From Antedon mediterranea (lineage: Eukaryota; Animalia; Echinodermata): a DNA stretch of 64,000 bases. Below the pieces are notes generated by a model. It worked only from the letters and a program-made list of their open reading frames with translations. It was not told where the DNA came from and made no database searches. The position numbers and the translations under genes were made by a program. The first letter of the stretch is position 1; each line of letters starts with the position of its first letter. The stretch is from assembly GCF_964355755.1 (NCBI RefSeq), contig NC_092677.1, forward strand, positions 7,090,101 through 7,154,100, written 5' to 3'. Below, piece after piece: positions 52,621 through 64,000 of this stretch.

Positions 52621-55600
52621 TTATTCAAAGACTTCTACGATTGTTCCAACAATACTTACGTTTGTCATTTCAACCGGATTTCGTTCAGCCTCTTGTCTTC
52701 GTTTTAGTATAGGTGCAATGCTCTCCTCGATCTTGAATCCCATCAAGTCTTTGCGCGATATCATGCCCACAACACAGTTCTTGTGATCCACAACAGTTAG
52801 ATGACGCAGACCAAGTGTGCGAAATATTATGTAGGTACGGTGCAAAGAGAATGTGCTTGGAATGCATGGAGCAGACATATTAACATAGGGTTTCTGTTAT
52901 ATCAAATGATAAGGTAGCAATATAAATAGATTTATTTATAAAATCTTTCTACAATATCAAACTAGTTTGATAAAAAAAAAGTTATATGATGTCATCGCGT
53001 CCATATATGGCACATCACATTTTTTTTTATCACAAAGTTTGATAGTGTAGACAGAGTTTTAGTATATATAGTATATTTTTTATACATTTCATCAAATAAT
53101 TCAGACAGATGTTTTGATAGAATAAACCTCTAAATAACTTATTTAGTAGGAAAGAAATACATCTTTGAAAATAGTAATATATAAACATTGGTTGTATTTA
53201 TATGCAAATTAAGTAATAAAACAAAACTGTTGATTATATAATTATACTGTATTAATTAATAATACTGAATTAGATACAGTACCTAAATGGTAAAACAACA
53301 TAAAGATATATATATCTATATTACATACAAACACAAGCATTTAAGCATAATAGAAATATGATAAAGAAAATAATTATAAAATGTATTCACCAAGTTAACT
53401 GTCATATGTTGAAACTTATCATCTTCACAATACTGGTGAAGACACTCTTCTAGAACCTCTGGATTTTCCAGGTTTTCCACCGCAATCTAATCAAGTTTAC
53501 CATGAAATAAACAATCATTACAAAAATAATAAAGAAATAAGCAAGTCAATTAAAGCTATAGAATATTTCTTCTTTGTTGCGCCTGAAGTTTAACTGGTTT
53601 CACCAGGCACCTCTGTTTAAAATACCGAATTAAACAAATATTGATTGAAAAAGTCAGTAAAATTTTGAAATTTTAATTGATTTATTTATTTCTATGTATA
53701 GAATATCTAAATTAAAAATAACACAACAAAATAAAGAAAAAACAAAAAAAAGCATCTTCCTACCGTCTGATAATCAAGTTTAGGAATTTCAACTTCATCA
53801 TCTTGAGCTGCGTCTGATCTCTCAAATATTGATTCATAGGAAAGCAGAACACATATTTCATTTCTATGTGTAAAAAAATAAATCTTTCATTAAACTTAAC
53901 CATTTTGTAGTTTTAAAATTCCGTAGAAAAAAAACCCCAAAAAAGTAATGTTTTCAATTATAAATTAAATTCAACAAAAAATAGGTTAAATGTACACATA
54001 ATAAATTTTAATAAACATTAAACATAGTATTTATACCTATTTATGAGGCCCTTAAATTCATTGCGGTTGCCAAGAGGCCCGGTTTCGACCACAGGGAAAC
54101 CACCATATGCTGTGTCCAGAAGAACGTGAGCTAGTTCACTAACAGTTGGCCGGCATTGAAGTACTGTAGGTGGTGAGGCCATTGCATCAGCTGCTGAATG
54201 TAGCTCAAGATTAATGCTAACAGAAATAACATTATGTAATGATATTTAAGATTATAATATAATGGATATTATATAACACCTAAATAAATTCATGTCACTT
54301 GATTGGATGATTGTGAGTCACATGACATGCAATAGTATGTATTATTAAATCAATGAATCAAATGTACTTTTCAAGAGTCTATTTGTATGTTATATAAAAC
54401 AAAGAATGTTTTTATATTCATGCAATGGTAAAAAGAATTTCATTTAAATTCTATTTTCATATGGGCTTCACTTCATGAAAATAGAATTTCATCTTTCACC
54501 TCATGAAATTATTTGTACCATTGAATTAATGAACATTCATTATTTGTAATAACTATCTATGATAAAATATGGAAAGATTAATGTGATTTGACAATGGTAA
54601 TTACGAAGATGTGACACAACATGTGGTATGCGTATTATAAATTGTCTAGTAGGATCTCTAGAAAAATCTACTACACTAGCTGTTGAATGTATTGTACATT
54701 CAGCACTATAATCTCTAATTTTCAACTTCTGTAGCTAAATTAACAATGATAAAGTACAAATTTACAACATACCTTTTACCATCATGAAATATTACAGGCT
54801 CGGAATCAAGGAATGGTATACATTTGACCTCTAGAAGGGCGTGGTAAATGGGATGTGTAAATGCATCTCCAACCCACTTAGCAACCATAATAGCAACCAT
54901 AATGGGAAGTAGAAATTGAATATCATTTGTTATCTCCATCTGAAAAAAAATATAAAAGTTACAGTTTTTGTTATTATAAATATGTTTCCCAATATTTGTT
55001 GTTGCATAATAAACATTGAGAACATTTATAAACAAAAAGTAAAGTTGTATCAGTATTGTTAATTTTCACAGCATACTAAAAAGGTTCCACAAACATCAAT
55101 GAGCTTATATAGATTGGCTAGAGAGCGGATTCAAATGTTATCTTCATAGAGAGGGTACCCAACAGTATGCAATCGACCATTCACGACCCCTACACAGTCA
55201 CGGAGTACTACGCCTGGGTTATGTAAGGTTTTTGGTTTATGCTTCAACAATAAACTAAAAAATTACCATGATAACTGTGAGTGACATGGTAAGACGAGAT
55301 ACACCACCGAAGAATGAAGCTGCTCCTATAAGAGCGAAGGCTCCAGGATCCATCCAAGCCCAATAGATATCATCGGTAGAGTGCACTCCAAACAAAGTGA
55401 CCATTATTAGGCCTACAATTCGACCATACAGAGCACCAATATACCTAAAAATAAACAAATATGTATACATTTTTTCTTTATATACTGACAACAAATTCAC
55501 AAGACAAACATACTAAAGTCTTTTGTACAAGTGGCTGTCATGAGAAAAAAAATATTGCCATCTGACAGATTTGAACTAAAGATCCTGGAATTTGTAGCCA

Positions 55601-58600
55601 ACTATCAAACCACTTTTTAACTTCCGGCAAAATTGTGTTAAGGAGTCCGATCGGGTAAGGAAACACGTCCAAATGTCCCAGTATGGACACAATGAATTAA
55701 TATAACATAATAACATTTGGAAAAATTTGATTGCCGATCACCTGAGAACTATCAATCTATTGAGTGGCACCAGGTAGCACACAAGTTGATAGTGCACACT
55801 CAGTAAATACACGTGAATAAAACAACAAACAACAACAATATACTTACAACATAGGCACAACTAAACCACTTGAGATTGATGGGCCACAGCTCCAACATGC
55901 CATGAAGAAGTAGAATATTAGAACGGTGAACAAGGGACCGAAGGTGAACTCCCAATGTGTTTCACGTGAGAATAGATGATGGATTGCTTCTTCCCCGGTT
56001 ACAAACAGTAATGTAGCAACTAAACAAGAAAGTTGAAAACATTTCGTCTAATATGTATCTGAGAAGAGCTTCAATGTGTCATCTTTTTAAATTATTGGTA
56101 TAATTTCTACACACAATCATAATGTATGAGAAAATAAACTACTAGTTTCCGAATCAATTCTTTAATGTCATTGTAGGTTATATTGTATCACTGAATTAAA
56201 AAACGCTTGGTACTGCGTTAATTCCTTAATTAGAAAACGCTTAGTACTCAGTTAATCCCTTTGAAACTCATACCGAAGCTTAGTGCATGTTAAAGAAGCT
56301 GGTACACTAAGTGAAAAGAGTAGGGGATCGCGCTGCACTGCTGGATGGCGTGGGTCTATGGATGAGCCCAATCCAAATTTATCCAGTTTCAAGTTAAGTT
56401 TGAGGACAAGAATAAATTACTAGGATGGGGTGCAGATGAAACATTGGAGCTAAAATGAGCAAGAACTTCTGTACTTAAAAAGAGAACTGAAGCCTTTTGC
56501 AATGGTTGATAATATGTGAATTTAAATATGTGAATGTCATATACTATGTCTATTTATTACAGTATTCATAGTTAAACCAACCTTGACTAAATGTATCATT
56601 TGAAAATGTAATATTCTCGCCTTCTTTCACAACAATTCCACGGGTACAAGTATAGTAACTGACTTCTTTTTCTGTAGACCCAGCAGGGTTGTCCAAACAT
56701 TTGGGGCTGAAGTCTGATGGTGGCCTAAAATTTACAAATATCAATTGTAGTGTCATACAGTAGAACATTCCCAAAATATAGAAACTCATGCAGTGGCGTA
56801 ACACGGACGGCAAGGCCCCTAGTTTAGCACTCCTAAGGAGTGCATTGGGCTGCTCATGCTCTGGGCCCCTGGTTTTAGACAGTGAGCGCTCATAGCCATT
56901 ACGCTACTGGAAGGTGGAAGCAGATCTTAAGGATATTTAATATACATTGGAGGTTGTGCTTCTTTGACTGAATAATATTTTCCAAAAGTTTAGAAGAGTT
57001 CTCTTCTAGATGCTTACTTTCCTGCTTATTCATTCATTCATTCTCAATATAGAAAAATTGCCAAGGATAAACCACAGTGATTTCATGGACTGACCTTCAC
57101 TTTCATTGACTGTATACACAAGATTTTCGACATAAACATAAAATGTCTTAATACAATATCATGAGATCCGGACTACATCATACACGATTTGTACCCCGGA
57201 CCTTGGGACCAGTAGGCAAGCATCTTTAACTTAACATTAAAACATTTTACTTTCATTCATTACAAATTTTGTTTCTCCATTGAGATCAGCATTTTACCCA
57301 CAGCATTTATTAAAATGTTATCCGAGTGATGATGTTTAATCCATCTTTACTTACTTTCCTGATTCGTTTTCATAGTAGCATGTGAAAGGACTACAATCAA
57401 ATATAGCTGGCAGGAAGACACTAGCTGTTGCCATTATTGCCTTAACAAAACAAAGTTTATTGTTATATATAAATGAATAACCACCCACGCAACAATTGTA
57501 ACTAAAATATCACTTCAATTGAATGCATTGTGCAAGAACTGCTTGAATATGAAAGAGCCACAACTTCCAAGATCACTGTATAGTAGCCTCCATTCGCCCA
57601 CATGCACTGTTTTTATGGGTTCATTCACACGTACCTATTTTCCTGCTGGCCTTATGAACCAATTATCGCTATAGATGGTAGATGACTAACTAATACCTGG
57701 GTAAAACACCTAAGCCTGGACCTATGTTACTATTTCAATATCCTATTGTTTATATTGAAATTCTAATAAACAAACTGATAATGTTTTAAGTGAATTTACT
57801 AATTGTTGCACGCGATGCGAACACAAAATCAAAGCACAGGAATTTATTTGAGCAAATAGAAGGTTTAGTAGCAAATTATCGGCAACATTCAAGGTTGATA
57901 AGACCAGGGAAAATACAATACTGTATATGGTTCTGGTTCTTTATCCCTTTTCTGGAATTACTGTACAAGTAGTATTAAGGTTGTCAGATTCAGCAAGCAT
58001 ATGGTAGTAAGGATACAATTACAATTTAAAATGTTCCTATTCCGAGTTATTACAACACTACACATACTAATTTGTCATTACAATTAACACTTAAAAAAAG
58101 CATAAACATTAAAAGAACATACTTACAACAATGATACAAGGCTCTAACAGTCTAGCAACTTTTTTCGTTATTTTATTGTTGATTTTGGCCAATTTTGCTC
58201 GACGAAATCTGGCTAATTTTAGATTACAAAACACAAATAGTCCTCCTAGGACACCACCAAGTACACCAATTATAACGGTTGGAAAAAACATCAAAATATT
58301 AACATCTAAACCTTTGCGAACCTGTGGAATAGATACAAATTACAATTTAAAAAAAAAAAAAATGAATTTTGTTAAAATAAAGTTTGCTATGAGAAAAATA
58401 TTTGTGAATATGTGAAAAGTTTTTTACAATTTTGTAATCGTCTACCGGAACGAAATATGGTCTCAGTTTGAACGCAGCTTAAAGATACATATGGGAAAAA
58501 TTATAATATTGTTAAAAAAGTTTAAATAGCCAATAAACAATAGTAATATTAGCTGTGCACCATGCGTTTCAAAAGGGAATATATATGTTGAGAATGTCTT

Positions 58601-61600
58601 TATGTTGGGTTGTTATGCTACAAATGTCTTCTAATGACATTCTGAACTGTACTATATTCTTAACTTTACACCCGACATACTTAATTATCGCATTTTTGAA
58701 GTTAGATAAATCATGAATGATTCCACCGATCTTTCAATTCAATTTTAAATTCAATTCAAAATTCTTTAATCATCCCACACGGAGCATTCAAATAAAAAGG
58801 TCTGGATTAAAATGATCTTACAAAATATACAAAATATCACAATACACAGTACAATATAACAAGAGTCAAAGTTCAAGAATTTAAGAGTCGGATGGCCACT
58901 GGCAGAAACGAATTCCTTTTCCCGTTTGTTCTACGTCGAAAGCGACGCCCATGAGGCATGAGCTCGAAATCACTGAACAAGGCATGGTTAAGTTAATATT
59001 TTTTAGAATAGCTCTACTTTTGAGTTAAAATAACGATTGTAAGGCGTTTGATGGGCACACTGCTTTAAAATGTCTTAAGATGTTTTGAGAAACTATTCTC
59101 ATCATCAGAACAGAAAACAACGCCTAGAGTACTTATATACCAATAGGACAGGTTGTATGTAAAGCTTGGTTCCCACTAGAACGTAACGCAAGGACGTAAA
59201 CGCAACGCAAGCGTTTTAACCAATGACAAGCGAAGTTATAGACAGGTGACAATCACAAGCGAATAAGCCATCGCTTGTGATTAGTCAATTCACTTGCGTT
59301 GCGTTATGTCCTTAAGTTGCGTCGCTAGTGGGAACCACGCTTTAATGAGGAATTTCTGAAGTGATTTCCAATCCTACGTGTTTGTATTTTACCTGAAAAA
59401 GAATGTATTTATCAGAAGTAAATAAACCAAAGTTCCCCTGGTATCTAAACGCTTGGAATGCTGAATTGAACAAGTCTGTGGTAAACGTTGATATCATACA
59501 ACAGAAAAAGATCTGCCATGAAAGCTTCATACTCCAGAAGGATGACACCTCTTCCATTGCAAACAAGAGGCCACCAACAGGTGCACCAAACGCTGAAGCA
59601 ACCCCTGCAGCAGATCCAGCTGAGATGAAGTTGCGTCTGGAATAAAGGAAATATATTGCAATGTTATTCAGTAATAAAAAAAGTAGTACAACAGTAGAGA
59701 TTAAAAAATATTCATCTTATTTGGTTTGGAAATTCCTTTTTTTCAAAACAAAATTCATGTTAAAAAGTTATTTTGATATAAAAATGTAATGGCAATAGAA
59801 CGAGTTTTTAAGCCGGCTGTGTGGCTCAATGGTATAGACTTTCTAATAGAATTTCAATATTGGTTTTGTAAAAAAGAAATGTTCAAATCCAACAGTGAAA
59901 TAGTCTTTCAAACGAGGCACTATACAGTGTTTTGAAGTAAAATAGTCTTTCAAACAAGGCACTTGTCTTGGAGCAAAATAGTCTTTCAAACCAGGCACTT
60001 TACAGTGTTTTGAAGTAAAATAGTCTTTCAAACCAGGCACTATACAGTGTGCAGAAGTAAAATAGTCTTTCAAACCAGGCACTATACAGTGTCTTGAATT
60101 AAAATAGTCTTTCAAACCAGGCACTATACAGTGTTTCGAAGTAAAATAGTCTTTCAAACAAGGCACTTGTCTTGGAACAAAATAGTCTTTCAAACAAGGC
60201 ACTTTACAGTGTTTTGAAGTAAAATAGTCTTTCAAACTAGGCACTATACAGTGTCTAGAAGTAAAATAGTCTTTCAAACCAGGCACTATTCAGTGTCTTG
60301 AATTAAAATAGTCTTTCAAACCAGGCACTATACAGTGTATTGATTGTTCTGGTCAAGTCTGTTGTCTTTCATTACAATGACAAGAATGTGTATGTAATTC
60401 CTTCTATAGTTTCACCTACCTGTCTTCAGGATTTCTAAATCTTTCAAATATTGGCAAAGTGAATTTTAGCGTTCTTGACTTACACTGGCTTAAGCCTGCT
60501 CCTATCAAAGAACTAAAACAGATTCATATTTTAATTATTACTTTCAATCAGGGCACATTAAAACAATTTCTATTTTTCAAAACTTTTCCAAACCCAGGGA
60601 TTGTAACTTCCACACACAAATTTAAAATTTCGCAGACATTAACATTTATTTGGAAACACTTATTTTTAAAATCATAAAAATTTTACATTTTTAAATAAAT
60701 ATCCCAAAAAAATCTTTATTTCGGACAGGGGAGGAATTATTGTGTTCAATAAAAAAACTAAGGCTGTTTGTTCCTTTGTTATGAAATACTCCAATGAACC
60801 TATTCAGCAACAATTGGATATTTCCCTTTCGGCTAAAAAATGAAAGTACTTATACTGTACTATAGAGTAGATTTGGATGGATGAACATCACTTCAAATAA
60901 AGGCATAGGAATTGAAGGTAGATGTAATAAAAGTGACCAATTGTTCCACCATATAGTGGGTGTTTAGTTAAACAATTAGTATCTTGCGTTCCCTATAAAA
61001 AAAAGCCTTGAGATGGGTTTACTGATAGTAAAATTACACCTTTCTAAAGATTAGAAACAAAACTGAAGACAACTACAATAAATCAATTTAAGTGCAAGAA
61101 TATCAAATTTGTACTAAACTAAACTAAGACCATACCCCATATGAATCATAGGCCCCTCAGGGCCAACAGGCAGTCCACTACTAACAGCACATAAGCAGGA
61201 CAGGAACTTTACAACCAGTGTCTTGACATTAAAGATGTTTCGTACCAGTGTACCGTTTAGAAAACCTATTAGTTCAGGCATGCCAGATCCTGCTGCTGAC
61301 GGCCTAAGGAACTACAACAATTCATATAATGTGCAATTATTATGAAACTGAATATTAAAATGAAATTTTTTGAATTTCTCCGTTTTTCCCACAGTGGAGT
61401 GCCCTACCAGAGTTACTGACTGGTCGTGGGTGACCCATGTTGTTTTTTTTTTTAAAATCATTTTTTTTAACGTCTTTCTGACATGTATGTACAGCACATT
61501 TAAATGCCTTTATATCATTACCAAACTGACAAGCACTGGCTTCTTTTGGTATACGGTACTATTAAATATTGTAAATGTAATTGTGAATAAATGTGTAAGT

Positions 61601-63441
61601 AAAGTGAAATACATAATATCAATCAATCAATAATTTAAACAATCAAATCCACGATTCCAGCTTCAAACTTGGTGAACCATATGTATGTAGTTCTAAAGGT
61701 TGACAGAACTTACAAGTAATTGATTATCATTACTGGTGTATTAATTAGAACAATAGATAGACAATAGATAGTTTTCAAAATCAAATCTTATCTCATTTTC
61801 ACACTGTTCATCGTCATAGCCTTCCGCTATTCTATTCCCTATATGGATGACTACGAGAAAACGACCAAACATCAAGGTTTTTTATCTGTCATTCTTATTC
61901 ATTAAATTTTATTATTCATACAACTCACCACAACAATACCACTACCAAAAAGAACTAAAGCCAGACTAATGCCAAATAACCATCCCCAAGATTTTGCATA
62001 GCTTTCCTGAAAAATAAAAACAATGCTGAAATTAAACTTTGCCATTTCAATAATCATTTTGCTTACTTTAAAAAAAAAGAAAGAAATTAATAAGATATGT
62101 TTACTCTAACCCGATTTGAAATAAATAAACGTTGATTTGATTTAAAAAAATGTTTTCAAAAGTTAAATGAGTATCATAATCCATTTCTATAAAAGATTTT
62201 TGGTATAAAAAAAATTATAAATATGCATAAAATATCTTTTTCAAACTCGCAACCTCTCCTTTACAGGGAGAGTATCATGCCTTTAGACCTCTTTGAATTA
62301 AGACATACAGTACTGTACCTGTATATATTCTTCTGTTTTCTCCCATTTAAAATCTGAGATAAGATCAATTGATTGATGCAAAAGGAAACCAATGAAACCT
62401 GTAGAAAACCCAATCAACGCCATCATTACCCATCGGTCCCATTCCAACCTATGATTACAAAGTTCACCATATTTTAATCATTTTTTTACATTGGACAGTA
62501 GAAACCGTCAATTCGGACATACCTAATCAGAGGACACACGGGACACTATGCCATGAAACGAAATTGCTATTCTACAGTGGTGAGTGCCTTATGTCTGTAT
62601 TCATTGTCTTCTTACTTATTTGTTTTATTTCGATTTTTGGAGTATCCAAAATTAAGTAGTATACGTATGAAACGCCATATGTGCCAAAATATTTATCTTT
62701 TTACTAATATTAAGACAAAAGTCTGTCTGGAACCCAGACTATAGTGATGGTCTTTCACACCTGTTCCGGGACAGTTCCAGTCTGGCGATGGCATATCAAA
62801 TCGAATGCCAAAGTTCGTTTTCACGTGGCTACACGCATAAGCACATTCTCCTGAACACTGCCATTGGGTTAAGTTGTCAAAACAAGTACTGAGACTGGTA
62901 GCCGCTTAGTCCAAGCCCCCTTCATTTAAAACATAATATAATAAACTTTGAAAAAGAATACTTTTCGATTATCATTTTTCCATATGAAAAAAAAAATATT
63001 TGAAAAACATTTTTTATCTGCAACCTAAGTTTTCACATCCAGAAGACAAAGAGAAAGAACAATAATACAAATTAAAATGTCAATTATAGAATAGCGCAGT
63101 AAATAAAATTATCTCAGATTGTAAAGCATTTTGTGCGCAAGACTAAACAATATGTTGGCGTCCACCACCCGCTGAAATCTGCACTAGTACTAAATTTTCT
63201 TGTACCTTGCTGGTTGTTTTCTCAGCCAAGTCTTATAAGCCTGGCTGTGAGGAGGCAGGTAGTCAAGACTCTCATACGTGGCCAACAACTCACGTTCCTG
63301 TCTTGTGTACTTGTGGTTTACGTAACGACTTTCAAAATCTCTTCCTCTTGCAAAAAATCGACTGTTATCGTCAGATGGATGTGATTCAGAGTGATCATCA
63401 TCAAATGTTGAATTTACGACAAGTTTTCTTCTTCTGGACAT
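52621..63441 (-). CDS. CLC-family Cl-/H+ exchanger, CLC-6/7 branch (divergent), with two CBS domains; 16 coding exons, 848 aa
   Basis: Exons 63441-63206, 62448-62319, 62006-61929, 61311-61136, 60512-60420, 59636-59393, 58321-58127, 57440-57355, 56724-56582, 56019-55848, 55444-55267, 54939-54773, 54216-54037, 53863-53764, 53486-53391, 52893-52621. All GT-AG, total 2547 nt. Motifs YESLDY, AAGSGMPE, GPEGPMIH, AFGAPVGGLLFAMEE, SGLVVP, GGVSRLTMSL, HPIY, FRTLGLRHLTVVD, GMISRKDL. An acceptor at 63450 implies an upstream non-coding exon. Confidence 0.95.
52941..53060. mobile_element. MITE family A copy
   Basis: tctacaatatcaaactagtttga ... aagtttgatagtgtagacagagtt. Confidence 0.75.
56281..56330 (+). 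mobile_element. Short Deu-like SINE core fragment
   Basis: gcatgttaaagaagctggtacactaagtgaaaagagtagggg resembles the core of the 50075-50338 SINE. Confidence 0.35.
56791..56909. mobile_element. hAT-like MITE
   Basis: CAGTGGCGTAA ... TTACGCTACTG inverted ends, GC-rich interior. No clear 8-bp TSD. Confidence 0.5.
58732..58990 (-). mobile_element. 3' fragment of a Rex1/Babar-type LINE
   Basis: Reverse strand encodes HALFSDFELMPHGRRFRRRTNGKRNSFLPVAIRLLNS*, followed by a 3' UTR and a (TTGAA)n tail. Confidence 0.7.
59162..59342. mobile_element. MITE family B, well-preserved copy
   Basis: aagcttggttcccactag...aacgcaacgcaag / cttgcgttgcgtt...ctagtgggaaccacgctt, with TA/TAA flanks. Confidence 0.85.
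59897..60340 (+). repeat. 42-bp minisatellite (with 36-bp variants), about 11 copies, behind a Pol III-like head
   Basis: Unit aaaatagtctttcaaaccaggcactatacagtgttttgaagt. A-box-like TGGCTCAATGG at 59822-59832 and B-box GTTCAAATCC at 59881-59890. Confidence 0.9.
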
Positions 63442-64000
63442 TCTCTCTCCTTCAAAAATAAATAACAATATTAAAACAATAATATATCATTTTTCATGCG
63501 GACAGGGTGAAAAGCTAAACAATTAGTTCACATCCATTAACATTTAAAAAATAACTACAATATCATAGTCACCAACTGTCTCGCATCGTGCATTTCAAAG
63601 CGATTTTTAATGTAACACGCATTTTGACCACATATTTGTCACGCATTTCGCAGAAGTATTTGCGTGATTATTTTTTAACACTTTTTGAGAGGAAAATGCC
63701 TTCAAATTAATTTATGTATATTTTAAAAGTACAAAACAGTTATGCATGTATTCATTAATAATAAACACCACATATATAATATAGCGAAAATACATAATAT
63801 CAGGAAATTAATTAATTTTTCCGTGGTCGCTCACCGTGACGAAGGGCTCAAATACTTAACCTAACTTGGCAGGAGGGGAGGGCTGTCACTTATTATAATA
63901 TAGGCCTACACTTAGCACTATTGCCACCGGAGGAGGCTAACTAACTAAGGCCTACTTACTACTAACTAGGCCTACTAGGGGGCCTATTCTAGCCTAACAG

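Noticed and set aside
59843-60286. 147-aa repetitive ORF (VPGLKDYFTSKHC)n on the CLC strand
   Set aside because: The unit lengths of 42 and 36 bp are multiples of 3, so the frame stays open by chance. The flanking CLC exons join in phase without it.

Overview
AT-rich, intron-rich animal genomic DNA, most likely a marine invertebrate deuterostome such as an echinoderm (inferred from gene structure and repeat types). I traced four host genes exon by exon through GT-AG junctions with consistent phase: the last exon of proteasome beta5 (PSMB5, +), a complete 10-exon SLC7 LAT-type amino-acid transporter (2895-10483, +, 522 aa), a complete 20-coding-exon C2-4xWW-HECT ligase of the WWP1/WWP2/ITCH/Su(dx) group (25762-41083, +, 854 aa), and a complete 16-coding-exon CLC-6/7-branch Cl-/H+ exchanger (63441-52621, -, 848 aa). 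A near full-length L1/Tx1-type LINE with a 48-A tail and a 13-bp target-site duplication (TSD) sits just upstream of the first WWP coding exon. Introns carry many MITEs, SINEs, LINE stubs and minisatellites. The most unusual structure is at 43884-50044. There, a 5.77-kb non-coding element with terminal inverted repeats (TIRs) and TATA at both ends carries a 5.5-kb array of fully palindromic MITE-like units joined at TATA, and is itself flanked on both sides by related TATA-bounded units. All calls come from reading the sequence; no database search was run.
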